The position numbers and the translations under genes are program-made. Under the pieces are notes generated by a model. That model saw only the letters and a program-made list of their open reading frames with translations, was not told the DNA's origin and made no database searches. Of a stretch of DNA of 64,000 nucleotides, positions 1-12,528 are shown piece by piece. Position 1 is the first letter of the stretch; every line of letters begins with the position of its first letter. The DNA is taken from positions 86,738,001-86,802,000 of the forward strand of contig OZ024743.1 in assembly GCA_964016885.1 (NCBI GenBank), read 5' to 3'. This DNA comes from Eledone cirrhosa. Taxonomy: Eukaryota.

Positions 1-74
1 CACATACATATATATACATACACACTCACACACACACAGATACATACATACACATACATACATATATATACACA

Positions 75-163
<89 letters not shown>

Positions 164-180
164 TAAAATAACAGATTAAA

Positions 181-229
181 GTTTAAGCAAAGAATCGTTG
201 CTTTCACCCTTAACGGGATCTTCTGAAAC
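181..229 (-). ncRNA. Type-I hammerhead ribozyme motif (U4A core variant) in a fold-back cassette
   Basis: The minus strand reads GUUU-CAGAAGA-UCCC guuaa GGGU-GAAA-GCAA cgauucu UUGC-UU-AAAC, so stems I, II and III all pair. It lies in an inverted repeat at ~160-280 next to (TA)n. Confidence 0.55.
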
Positions 230-914
230 TCAGAAGATCCCGTTAAGGGTGAAAGCAGCGATCTGTTATTTTAATAAATATTTGCTCTACGGTTCTTATA
301 TATTTGTTATATATTTATCCTTATCGAGCCCTCTTTGGATTTTAGTCTTCAAATTTATTATTATTACTATATATATATATATGATAAAATGGGGAGAAAA
401 ATACTGCTGGTAGCACATGGATAACATGTAATAAAATACGGCCTGCCCGCCCAGCCAGTGGGATGGCGTTATCTTATGGCTAAAACAGCACGATGTGCTG
501 TGACCAGCGGCACCGATTGGCGCCCGACTGACTGGTCGGTCAAGGTGATCAAGGTGATATATATATACACACATACATATATATATATATATACATACAC
601 ACACATACATATATACACTCACACACACAGATACATACATACACACATACACACATACACACACATACACACATACATATGTAGATATATGCACACACAG
701 ATACATACACACACATACATATGTATTTATATTTATATATATATACACACACATACACACACACATACATACATACCTATATACACACACACATACATAC
801 CCACATACATATATATGCACACACACATACATGTACACTCATACATATATATACACACACAAACACACACACATACACCCACACACATACATAATACATA
901 TATATATATACTTG

Positions 915-2280
915 CATGGTGGCTGCCAACTCGTTTTCGAGTACGGCCACTACTTTATATCCATCTATGAGAACCCCTACCGATGCGCTGAACGAGTGTG
1001 ACTTTTTAGTCCAGCCAGTGACTTGAAAACTCTGGTAGAAACACTACACTTGTGACAATTATTGACACATAGTGCTTTACCTTTGGTACCATGTGACGAC
1101 AAGTGCAGAGAGATCTCCAGATACAAAGCAATGCCTGTGCCGTGAAGCTTTTATAGTGAGAAAAAGCACTGCACAAAGCCAGTCCCACTCTCTTAACCAT
1201 ACATATATACATATATACATACATATATACATACTTGCATACATACATACATACCTGCATACACACGTATATTTATACGTATATTCACACATATATACAT
1301 ACACATACATACATGCATACACACATGATGGCTGCTCCCTCGTTATCGAGTATGACCATTGCACGTTATACCATTATTAATAATTATTAACTAATTCTAT
1401 CGTGCAATGCCTGTGCGTGAAGATATTTTTTAAAGTTAGGAAAGACTGTGCACTGAGCCAACCCCACTCTCTGGGCGACAGTAGCTACAACGCGAACAGA
1501 AGAAAAGATCAACATCATCGGTAACTACTGAGCCGCAAGTTTTATATCGGAGTTATCCCAGTTTCCTGAGTTGCCTTCTCCCAGAAGAATGCCCTGACAA
1601 AGGCTAGGGGTCCTTTACTCCCAGTGGTTTAACCGCGCGACTTTTTCTATGTCACCGCGCATATACATACACATGCACCCATGCATATATACATATACAT
1701 TCATATGTACATGTGTATATACATATTTACACACTTTTGGATGGCCGTTGACTCTTATGAGTTCTTCCGCCCTTTGTCAGGTTTTATTTTTTGTCCTGCA
1801 GGGTGTCCAAAATCACCCTCCTCACCAAGTAAACTTGGTGGGGTTGCCGGTTTAGTCGCCGAAGACCCGACCATACGACAGGTTGTACTGGGTTACATGT
1901 TACCAGTAGCACTCAAGAGTGACCCGACATATACATACTTATACACACACATACATACATGGTGGCTGCCGACTCGTTTTCGAGTACGGCCACTACTTTA
2001 TATCCATGTAGGAGAACCCCTACCGATGCGCTGAACGAGTGTGACTTTTTAGTCCAGCCAGCGACTTGAAAACTCTGGTACAAACACTACACTTGTGACA
2101 ATTATTGACACATAGTGCTGGGCCCATGGTACCATGTGACGACAAGTGCAGAGAGATCTCCAGATATAAAGCAATACCTGTGCCGTGAAGCTTTTATAGT
2201 GAGCAAAGGCCACTCTCTTAACCAAGATGATATTTACCAAAAAGAACAAGTCAACATCATTGGATACCATCAGGGTTGCA
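915..2280 (-). mobile_element. Cluster of fragments of a non-autonomous RTE-derived (SINE-like) repeat family
   Basis: 915-1200 and 1959-2280 are near-identical to each other and are the reverse complement of the 3' part of 41681-42232. 1736-1930 matches the 5' part. The pieces are separated by (ACAT)n tracts. Confidence 0.6.
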
Positions 2281-2307
2281 TACATACATACATACATACA
2301 TACATAC

Positions 2308-3700
2308 GTTTTCGAATACTCAATTGGACGATAGACGAAATCCGAGCGATTGACGTTAGAACTCGAAAAATACTAAACAACACCGGAAACTTCCACATCA
2401 ACAGTGACATAGACCGCCTTTTCTTGAAACGTAAGCAGGGAGGCAGGGGCCTAACATCAGTCCAGACAGCATTTGAATGTCACATCATATCCCTCCGACA
2501 ACATCTACGAATCCCGAAGCGTAGGAACCCGTTTCTCGAGCATGTCTATCTGCATGAAACAGATAAGATCATGAGAGTTAGGAAGGAACTCCTCCAGAGG
2601 TATTCTCTGTGTGATAATCAAAAATTCACACCCAGGGAAGTTGCTCAGCAGTATCGCAGTGAATCCATGGATGAAAAACTGCATGCTTATCAGTATGTTG
2701 CCAGGAAGTTCCAGAGTGAGAGTAATATAGATAAGCAAAGTAGTCTATCTTGGACCAACAACTGCTTTATTGGCTCCCACTTTGAAGGATACGCTTTTGC
2801 AATCCAAGAACAGGAAATCAACACGAAATACCTGATTCACAAAAGAGATAGGGATGCAGGCAAAACACCTAGATGTGATAACAAGTGCAGACTCTGCAGA
2901 ATTAACATCGAAGATGTCACCCATGTTATAAGCATCTGCTCAAAGATGTCATCGCGGTACTATCTACCTATGAGGCATGATGCAGTGGCCAAAACACTGT
3001 ACAATGCAATCTGTAGAAAAGATAGCCCCGATAATAAACACATTAAAAGCTACAGCAATGTGGAAGACATCCATATACATAATATGAAAGAGTACTGGTG
3101 GAATGTTCCAGTAAAAACCCCAATAAAATGCAGGCATAACAGACCAGATATGATATGGGACAGGGAGAAGAAAACATGTACAGTAGTGGGAATTAGCTGT
3201 CCAGCAGATGCCAATATAATATCAAAGATTAGTGAAAAGAAAAATTTTTATGCAGAACTGATGAGAAATATGCAGATACTCCACCCTGATTACACCTTCA
3301 GATTTATGCCTGTGATTATTGGGGCACTGGGGTATGTTAGTAACTGCCTCAATACAAATCTTGAGAAGCTAGGCTTCACAGGAACATAAAGAACACAACT
3401 AGTTAGGAAATTACAAGTACAATCCATTAATGGAACAGTAAAAATATGTAAAACATTCCAAGAATTTTGCATCTAATAACTGCATATACACATGTACAGA
3501 TACAAAGCATATACACATGCACACATACAACTCAAACATACTCATCCACACATACAATAACATCCATATCTACACATGCATGCATACATACGTATCTACC
3601 TAGTTGATGTGTAAATTCCAATGAGAGAGTCTTGTGTCTATGTTAGAAACCGACTCTCTCTCTATTGGGAAAATTTTGTGAAATTATAAAACCAGAAGAA
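2308..3700 (+). mobile_element. 5'-truncated RLE-type non-LTR retrotransposon (R4/Dong-like), 3' part of ORF plus 3' UTR
   Basis: The ORF has 'KRKQGGRGL', a CCHC knuckle 'CRLC..NIEDVTHVISIC', 'RHD' and an RLE 'RPD..K..Y' motif. It stops prematurely at 3389. The same 3' end recurs inverted at ~41060-41360. Confidence 0.85.
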
Positions 3701-4260
3701 CATACATAAATACATGCATACATATACATAATACATGTGCACATACATATACATAACTACATACACACATGTATAGATATAGTAACTTAAGTATATATGC
3801 GCATATAACTCAAATCCCAGATCCACACATGCAATGACATCCATACACATACCTACACACACACACACACTCACACATAAGCATACATACACGCACGCAT
3901 ACACACATACAGACACATAATCACACACACACCCAATCATACATACACAAACACACACAGACATACACACACGCACACACACATACTGACACAGACACAC
4001 TCACCTCCACACACAAACATACATACATGCACGTACACAAACATACATACACACATACACACATATAATCACATACACAGACACACAAACATACATACAC
4101 ACAAACATACATACACACACACAAACATACATACACACATGCACACACACACACACACATAATCACATACACATACACACACACACAAACATACTTACAC
4201 ACACGCACACACACATATACACACACAAACACATACAAACAAACATAATTATTGATGTCA

Positions 4261-4452
4261 GGCGGGGGATTGGCAGCATCGGTAGAGGGTCGGACACCAT
4301 GCTTTGCAGCAAAGAGTTACGGCCCTTTACGGTCTGAGTTCAAATCCCGCCAAGGTTAACTTTGCCTCTGATCCTTACGGGGTCAATAAATAAAGTACCA
4401 GTAATGCACTGGGTAATTGCTGGCCTTGTGCCAAAAGTAGAAACAATAATTA
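4261..4452 (+). mobile_element. tRNA-derived SINE with Deu/Nin-like core
   Basis: Has an A-box-like TGGCAGCATCGG, a B-box GAGTTCAAATCC, a core TTTGCC..TCCTTACGGGGTC.ATAAATAAAGTACCAGT and an ATT tail. More than 12 copies occur in the window. Confidence 0.85.
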
Positions 4453-4639
4453 TTAACGTGTCTAAATTCCAATGAAAGACCCTAGTTTCTGTGTTAGACA
4501 CTGGCTATCTTTCTATTGGTGAGAAACTAAGAAGAAAAAAAACCCAAAACACCTACAAAAACAGCAACAAAAACCAAGAAACCCCAGAAGCATATACATA
4601 TTTAGAATTTATATTACCAATTTGGAACACCTATCTTGT

Positions 4640-5045
4640 TCTAGCATCAGTCAGTAAGACCTTTGTCAGCCTCTCTTCAACTATCTATTTAAAGCTGGTG
4701 CGGCCACACTTAGACTTTGCATCACCAGTCTCAAGTCCCTATCTTGCTCAGAATATTGATCTCCTGGAAACTGTTCAGAAACGTGCAACCAAGCAAATAC
4801 CCTCCATCAGGTATCTACCATACTTTGAACGCCTTGCTTCCCTGGGCATGGATACATTAAAGCTCTGACATCTGGCAACTGACTTTGTAGACACCTACAA
4901 GATTATTAACCATCTTGCCAACAACAACCCTGAGCACCTTTTTGAATTCCAGGCGTCTAACACCAGTGAAACATTTTTTCACGCTCAAGCATGGAACAAA
5001 CTACCTGCATCCTTCAAAACTTCCCGAAATTCGCTAACACTACAC
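4640..5045 (+). mobile_element. CR1/L2-type LINE 3' fragment (decayed)
   Basis: The translation 'YLKLVRPHLDFASPVSSPY..NIDLLETVQKRATK..YFERLASLGMDTL' is typical of the CR1 ORF2 C-terminus. It has an in-frame stop. Confidence 0.8.
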
Positions 5046-5140
5046 CTGATGTTGCCCCTCCATCATACGCATGCATGTGTATGTCATAGCCTATACACTG
5101 TTTACTTTCCTGACTTTAATTCATTATTCTATGTACTAAA

Positions 5141-5360
5141 GGACGGTGGCTTGGCAGTATCGGTAGAGGGTCGGACGCCATGCTTTGCAGCATGAAGTTA
5201 TGGCCCTTTGCGGTCTGAGTTCAAATCCCGCCGAGGTTAACTTTGCCTTTCATCCTTACGGGATCGATAAAATAAAGTACCAGTCACACACTGGGGTTCA
5301 TTTAATCGACTTCCCCCTCCCACCAAATTGCTGGCCTTGTGCCTATATAAGAAACCATTA
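5141..5360 (+). mobile_element. tRNA-derived SINE copy
   Basis: Same family as 4261-4452. Confidence 0.85.
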
Positions 5361-6285
5361 TCCTTTTATATTATACAACAAACTTGGTATCAATAACAAC
5401 AATAGCACCAATGAAACACTGTCCCTGGTATGTGATGGTGTAGTTACTACAAATGAGGGAAATCCTAGACTGCATACACAAATGATTACCTCACTGATTG
5501 GAATGAAATTGCTCACCAACACAACCCAGTCTCTGGTCCAAGGACGTATCTTTGTATATATATAAGAGCCCATAACTCTTGTTGTAATATTAGGAGTGCC
5601 GTAGTTTCACTCAACGTACCTTGGGCAGTTTTTTTTTTAAATCTAGCGGAGCCCACCTTCTCTCCATATCTGAACACAGCCGATTTCTTCAAGAGGAGGA
5701 AGCAAATAAAAACTGTTTGAGTATGCAAGCGTTCTTTGGTCTCTTTTACATATAACGGCTCTGTTTTTGTACATTGAGCTAACAAAATACTGTCATAATA
5801 CAACACGGTGCATGTGTGTTTATGCACATATGCTCCGTGCTATACGTATATATATATATATATATATATAGAAGTGGATGGATACTTCAACAGGTACAAT
5901 GTACTTGTAGAAATATTCAAGTTGTTTATAATACATGTGGTTCAATGGCACTAATTCGAGATACCAGAACAATATAAAAGTAGCGAAACAAACGGTTATT
6001 AAACAATTTTCTAAATATGAACCACATGTATTATAAACAACTTGAATATTTCTACAAGTACATTGTACCTGTTGAAGTATCCATCCACTTCTATAATTTA
6101 TTCTCCTTACGTAGAGAACAAAACATTGAATAATGCCGCTAATTTTAGTGGCAATTCGACATGTTTATAATATCCAGCTTTTATCAGCGACCTGATCTGC
6201 GTGTGTGTCACTTTAACGGCTTGACCGCATGCGTTGGGCAGGGAGCATAATATTTACTTGCTATACCTTATAGCGTGGAAATAGG

Positions 6286-6366
6286 GCTGTCTGAAGATTC
6301 ATTTCTTTCCATTGGAAATTCGTTGGATTTCCAATCTTTCGGAATGATGAAACCGTCGGTAACAGC
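6286..6366 (+). ncRNA. Type-I hammerhead ribozyme motif, extended stem II
   Basis: GCUGU-CUGAAGA-[uUCAUUUC..AUUGGAAAUUC guu GGAUUUCCAAU..GGAAUGAu]-GAAA-CCGUCGG-UA-ACAGC. Confidence 0.8.
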
Positions 6367-6742
6367 ATCTGAACAGGTGATTATTTAATCATTTTTTAAT
6401 TTATTTAGAAAATTGTTTAATAACCGTTTGTTTCGCTACTTTTATATTGTTCTGGTATCTCGAATTAGTGCCATTGAACCACATGTATTATAAACAACTT
6501 GAATATTTCTACAAGTACATTGTACCTGTTGAAGTATCCATCCACTTCTATAATTTATTCTCCTTACGTAGAGAACAAAACGTTGAATAATGCCGCTAAT
6601 TTTAGTGGCAATTCGACATGTTTATAATATCCAGCTTTTATCAGCGACCTGATTTGCGTGTGTGTCACTTTAACGGCTTGACCGCATGCGTTGGGCAGGG
6701 AGCATAATATTTACTTGCTATACCTTATAGCGTGGAAATAGG

Positions 6743-6823
6743 GCTGTCTGAAGATTCATTTCTTTCCATTGGAAATTCGTTGGATTTCCAATCTTTCGGA
6801 ATGATGAAACCGTCGGTAACAGC
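6743..6823 (+). ncRNA. Type-I hammerhead ribozyme motif, second tandem copy
   Basis: Identical to 6286-6366, 457 bp downstream. Confidence 0.8.
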
Positions 6824-6895
6824 ATCTGAACAGGTGATTATTTAATCATTTTTTAATTTATTTAGAAAATTGTTTAATAACCGTTTGTTTCGCTA

Positions 6896-6955
<60 letters not shown>

Positions 6956-7136
6956 GTATATTTACCAACATATTTATAGAGATGTATATTTACGCTAGCA
7001 AAGATATAGGTTTTGTCTTAGTAACTTTGTGGTTCGATACAAATAGATGTAGAACAATTATATAAAAGATGTAAAATAAGAAATTATAGTAATTAACTCG
7101 TAAATGAGTTAATTACTATAATTTTCTTATTTTACG

Positions 7137-7248
<112 letters not shown>

Positions 7249-7371
7249 CAGTACTGGACTGGTACTTTTTATCAACCTGGAAATGATGAAAAGTAAAGTT
7301 GACTTACCAACACTATTTTAGTTACTTCTGCACATCAGAGCTGCCTTATGTAGTGTCACCTCTACTCACAC

Positions 7372-7511
7372 TCTCCAAACAAAACCATGAGGGAGTCCTT
7401 TTTCTCCAGATTAAACTATGAGGAAAGTCCTCTTTCTCCAGATCAAACCATGTGGACAGTCCTCTTTCTCCAGATCAAACCAAAATGAAAGTCCCCTTCC
7501 AGATCAAACCA
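7372..7511. repeat. Degenerate ~30-32 bp minisatellite
   Basis: TCTCCAGATCAAACCATG..AGTCC recurs 4-5 times. Confidence 0.6.
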
Positions 7512-8305
7512 TTAAAAAAGACCAACAAAAAGCAAGATAATTCGAAATATAAAACTTTTATTCATATATCAGTTTACTCTTTATATAACTTTTCTTTAAA
7601 AAATATTTCCTTTTTCTTTCTCGATGTTGTTGTTGTAGTTATCTAATAAACGATGACGATGATAGCAACAACAACAACAACCTAGACAACACAAGTAAAC
7701 AAAAATATTGAAATTATTTCAGTGAACTGAGACAAGGCGATGTTTCTGTGAATATTTCCAGGATCAAGATGTGATGATGTAGAATTTGGTGTGTATTTAC
7801 TAGAGCAGTTGGTATGGATTTGGTAATGGAAGGAAACCAATGAAGTAAGAATGGTATGGTATGGTGGATGGATTCTACCATCATCGCCTAAGGTAGATTT
7901 CCGATGTTCTATGACGCTGGTTTCGCTTCCTGGAGTTTTCTGCCGAACATATCCATTCCTGGAGATATAAGGACAATGAAAATATTAACAAAAATAAATC
8001 GAACAGCTGCCCACGACATTTCTCAGGTTTCTCCCTGAGGTCCCTCCCCCCTATGGACTCCACTTGATAATGGATGGGGAATCCAAAAATATTTGGGATT
8101 ATTAAAAATTAGTAAGGTAATTTCCTATCATCTTCAGTCTTTTACTTCACTTAACTATTTTCTATTTTCTTCTACTTTCTTATTACCTTGGCATTTTAAC
8201 CAAACACGCATTGTCGGGCTTTCCAAATAACCAAACTTATTTCTTATATGTATTTGTATCTCATATTCCACAATACTTCAGTCAAACTACCTCACTTTAT
8301 TACAT

Positions 8306-8998
8306 AATTGTTTCTACTTTAGGCACAAGGCCAGCAATTACCCAGTGTATTACTGGTACTTTATTTTATCGACCCCCGTAAGGATGAAAGGCAAAGTTAA
8401 CCTCGGCGGGATTTGAACTCAGACTGTAAAGGGACGTAACTATGCTAGAAAGCATGGCGTCCAACCCTCTACCGATACTGCCAATTCATTACATAATGTT
8501 TTCTAATCTAGACACCAGGTCAGTAACTTAGGAGAACGAATAAGTCGATTAAATAGACATCAATATTTCATTAGTACTTTATTTATCGACCTCTACAGGA
8601 TAAAGGCAAAGTTGACCATTATGGTCAACTTTATCTTTCATTCTTTTGAGGTCCAGGACTGGGGTAGATTTTTTCTTTATCGCGTTCGCTCGCTCCCTTT
8701 CTCCCTATCTCTGGAAGACACCACGTATGCTTTAAACCATTAGACTTCGACAATGTTGGGCATCGCTCTAAGGGAATTTTAGTTTATTATATCGACCATT
8801 ACACTATACTAATTGTTTCTGATTTTAGCACAAGGCTAGTAATTACCCAGTGCATTACTGGTACTTTATTTTATCAACCCCGTAAGGATGAAAGGCAAAG
8901 TTAACCTCGACGGGATTTGAACTCAGACCGTAAAGGGACGTAACTATACTAGAAAGCATGGCGCCCAACCCTCTACCGATACTGCCAATTCACCACCC
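8306..8998 (-). mobile_element. Two tRNA-derived SINE copies (8306-8487, 8810-8998) plus older fragments
   Basis: Reverse complements of the 4261-4452 family. Confidence 0.8.
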
Positions 8999-9623
8999 TA
9001 TTACACTATAATAATAATTTCTGATTTAGGCACAAGGCCAACAATTTTTGGGGAGGGAAAATCGACTATCTAACTGTACCGATATTTGGTGAAATGTATT
9101 CTAGATTTATGAAGAATACATATGAGGGAAATATATATAATTTTTATCAGGTATCTATGTTTTAAATTTTTGTTAAATCTTAATATGATACTGTAACGAA
9201 CTATGCATTCTTACATTCTATACAGATTGTCTCTTGTTAAAGTTTGATATATCCTATCATTTATGTGTGTATATATGTCATTCACTATTTTGTAATTATA
9301 TATATATATGTAATTATATATATATGTATATATACATGGCGGTGAACTGACTATGCATACATGTGTGGGTGTGTGTTAGTACACACACACACACACATAT
9401 ATTATATAATATAACCATACTTTACTACCCCAAGTATCGAGTACTCTTACAAGTTTCAAACTGAATCCATCCTGATTTATATATATTTTACTACGCCCCT
9501 GAAAGGCTTGCTGAAACCGCTTGGCGCCGCGGTCGGGATTTTACATATCTCTTTCTGTGTATATATATATATATATATATAGAAAGTGTTAAAACGATCA
9601 AATTTTAGTTTAGAACATTTATT

Positions 9624-9670
9624 TGCTGACAATTGTTTCTTCCAGAGGGAAGTCTGGAATCATCGGAGCA
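9624..9670 (-). ncRNA. Type-I hammerhead ribozyme motif (U4C variant)
   Basis: Minus strand: UGCU-CCGAUGA-UUCCAGA cuuccc UCUGGAA-GAAA-CAAUUG-UC-AGCA. Stem III is palindromic (ACAAUUGU). It is adjacent to (TA)n. Confidence 0.75.
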
Positions 9671-10223
9671 TAAGGAATGTTGAAATATGTAACTAAAATC
9701 CTAGTCATTTAGAACATTTAGGGTACATAATTGTTATTAGTGTCAAAGGCATCATGTGGAGAGTCAGGAGTTAAAAAGATGTTCTGCTTGAAAGAACACA
9801 ATTACAGGCACGCTGCGGCCGTTTCGACAGCTATTTCAGAAATAGCTGTCGAAATGGCTGAAGCTCAGCCCTCGGGGTCCTGACTCGTTTCCTATTACCC
9901 ACTCTACTACCCATAATATCGAGTACTCTGGTGCGTTATGGTCCACCTGGTTCCTTACCACACTTCCTTCGTTATATATATTCAATATATTCAAAGTGGT
10001 TAACTTAGGAAGCATCGGAAAAATTTGAAACGTGAAATGTGTGTGTCCCAACGCTTGTGAATATAATAATAGACGATTACAAAAATAATAGTGTCCCCTT
10101 TCCACGACTCCAGGGGTACTTTATCTGATTTTCTCAACTGTTATTGTCATTTGCGCTGGGACGCACGCGTTTCAATATATATATGCACACACACATATGT
10201 GATATGAAAGATAACACTTACCT

Positions 10224-10466
10224 TTAGTCATAGCCACCTCCTCCGCCTCTTCCCATTCCCCATCCGATACCACCGCCACCGCCACCACCGTTTCCGCCAG
10301 CCCAAATCCATCGTCCTCCGCTGCCTCCTCCTCCGCCCATGTTACCGCCAGTCCATGGTATTTTGCCTCCCCAATTTCCGCCACCACCGCCGCCACCTCC
10401 TTCAGCAAAAGGTCGGTTACCACCACCGCTGACGCCTCCAGGAACCCAAATGAAGCTTCCGCCGCT

Positions 10467-10499
<33 letters not shown>

Positions 10500-10580
10500 T
10501 CTTCCTCCGCCGTAAGCCTCAGTGAGACCGAAAATAAGCATGGCGGATAGAGTTATCAATGAAATCGTTGACGAAAACAT
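10224..10580 (-). CDS. Small secreted Gly-rich protein with Trp-containing spacers (118 aa)
   Basis: MFSSTISLITLSAMLIFGLTEA looks like a signal peptide. It is followed by poly-Gly with mixed codons and spacers SFIWVP, NWGGKIPWT, RWIWA and IGWGM. There is an acceptor TTTATTGATTGTAG just upstream and a donor AG|GTAAGT 2 nt after the stop. Confidence 0.75.
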
Positions 10581-10857
10581 ATCACCTTTCTTTCTTCTAC
10601 AATCAATAAATGAACAAATCAATCAAGCAATGATTCAATAAATAAACCTATTGATTTATCAGCTGTGTGGATATACAACTTATTTTGTCTGGCGCAACTA
10701 TTAAATGTCGTCTGCTTCTATCTTTTATGGCGCCTTAGATAACACCCGAGGTCAGGAGAAAGTCAACTCACTTGAACAAAATCGAGGAAAACTGTGAGAT
10801 GAAGGTACAGCAACAGCAGCTCCTTTATATCTCTGACCATCATACAGACAGACAAAC

Positions 10858-10888
<31 letters not shown>

Positions 10889-11078
10889 TGTATGTATGTA
10901 TGTATGTATGTATGTATGTATGTATGTATGTGTGTATGTATGTGTGGTATGTATGGTATGTATGTATGTATGTATGTGTGTGGGCGTGCGTGTGTCCTTT
11001 TTGGTGGGTATATATATATATGTATGTATGTATATATATGTATGTATGTATGTATGTATATATATGTATGTATGTATG

Positions 11079-11179
<101 letters not shown>

Positions 11180-11227
11180 GAAAGGTATAGAAATTGTTGT
11201 AGCGAGAAGCTAACAGTATATATATAT

Positions 11228-11261
<34 letters not shown>

Positions 11262-11432
11262 GTATATATGCACGTATGTATATATGGTATACATACACAC
11301 ACTCATATTATAGATATATCATTACGCACACACATATATATACATATTTATATATATATATATACTTGCATACTTTTACATTCTTAAAGCAACCAACCTG
11401 CCAATCAACGACAGACCGACAGCCAGACGGAC

Positions 11433-11487
<55 letters not shown>

Positions 11488-11687
11488 AAGAGAGAGATGT
11501 AGTTAGTGGCGGTGTAAGGTGGAGCAAGGCGGGGTGTGGTGATGGCGTCTGTTTAGATAAGAAGTAAAAAGACAGTGTGGAGTTTGCCTCACGTACAATA
11601 GAATCAGAAAGCAAACAAATTAATATTAAATATCTATGTATGAGTGTTGACTGGGCGGGTGTGTGTACTTCTCAGAGATGTATACCA

Positions 11688-11723
<36 letters not shown>

Positions 11724-11787
11724 CCTATATATATACGTGTGCGTATGTATGTGGTTACACTCACACACACACACGCACGCATATATA

Positions 11788-11833
<46 letters not shown>

Positions 11834-11914
11834 TATATCTAAATGTATGCATGTGTATGTACGTATGTAGTATGTATGTAAGTACGTATAAATGTATACA
11901 CACACACACATATA

Positions 11915-11980
<66 letters not shown>

Positions 11981-12029
11981 GGAATATGTGAGGTTAGAGT
12001 GCAATAGTTCACTATTTTCATTAGTAAGA

Positions 12030-12067
<38 letters not shown>

Positions 12068-12146
12068 ATGTATATATATATATATACATACACATATATA
12101 TATATATATATATATGTAATCTATATGTGTATGTGTGTGTATGCAT

Positions 12147-12179
<33 letters not shown>

Positions 12180-12528
12180 CATGTGTGTGTAAGCATATAT
12201 ATATACACACACACACGAACACACATATACACAAACTCACACGCACATGCACAAACACGTAACTCCCCAAACGACCTGCGTATTACCCTTTACCCTCCAT
12301 AACATACTCTACATTACCCCCCTCCCCAGTTATGACGTTAAGAAGTGTAATAAGCAATTATTGAGAATAATTAACGAGGTGGGAGTCACATCTTGGGATA
12401 GGAAGTTGACAAGTCACCTGTGGGGTTTAAACGGATTAAAAGGATTAAAGGAAGATTTCACAATTAGATTGAAATTACCTTTATTAGAATCCTGCACGTC
12501 TTGGACTTATCTATCTATCTATCTATCT

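Larger units (their letters stand above)
5868..6900 (+). mobile_element. Retrozyme/Penelope-pLTR-like cassette: near-dimer of a 457-bp unit preceded by a ~150-bp inverted piece, flanked by (TA)n
   Basis: TGAACCACATG occurs at 6018 and 6475 (period 457). 5868-6017 is the reverse complement of ~6401-6552. Each unit carries one hammerhead. Confidence 0.8.

Noticed and set aside
1072-2297. Recurring ORF 'WYHVTTSAERSPDIKQ' as a gene family
   Set aside because: It lies inside a dispersed repeat, with frames broken differently in each copy and no recognisable domain.
4261-4452. tRNA genes at the A/B-box-containing repeats
   Set aside because: There is no full cloverleaf, and the heads run into a shared SINE core and tail in many copies.
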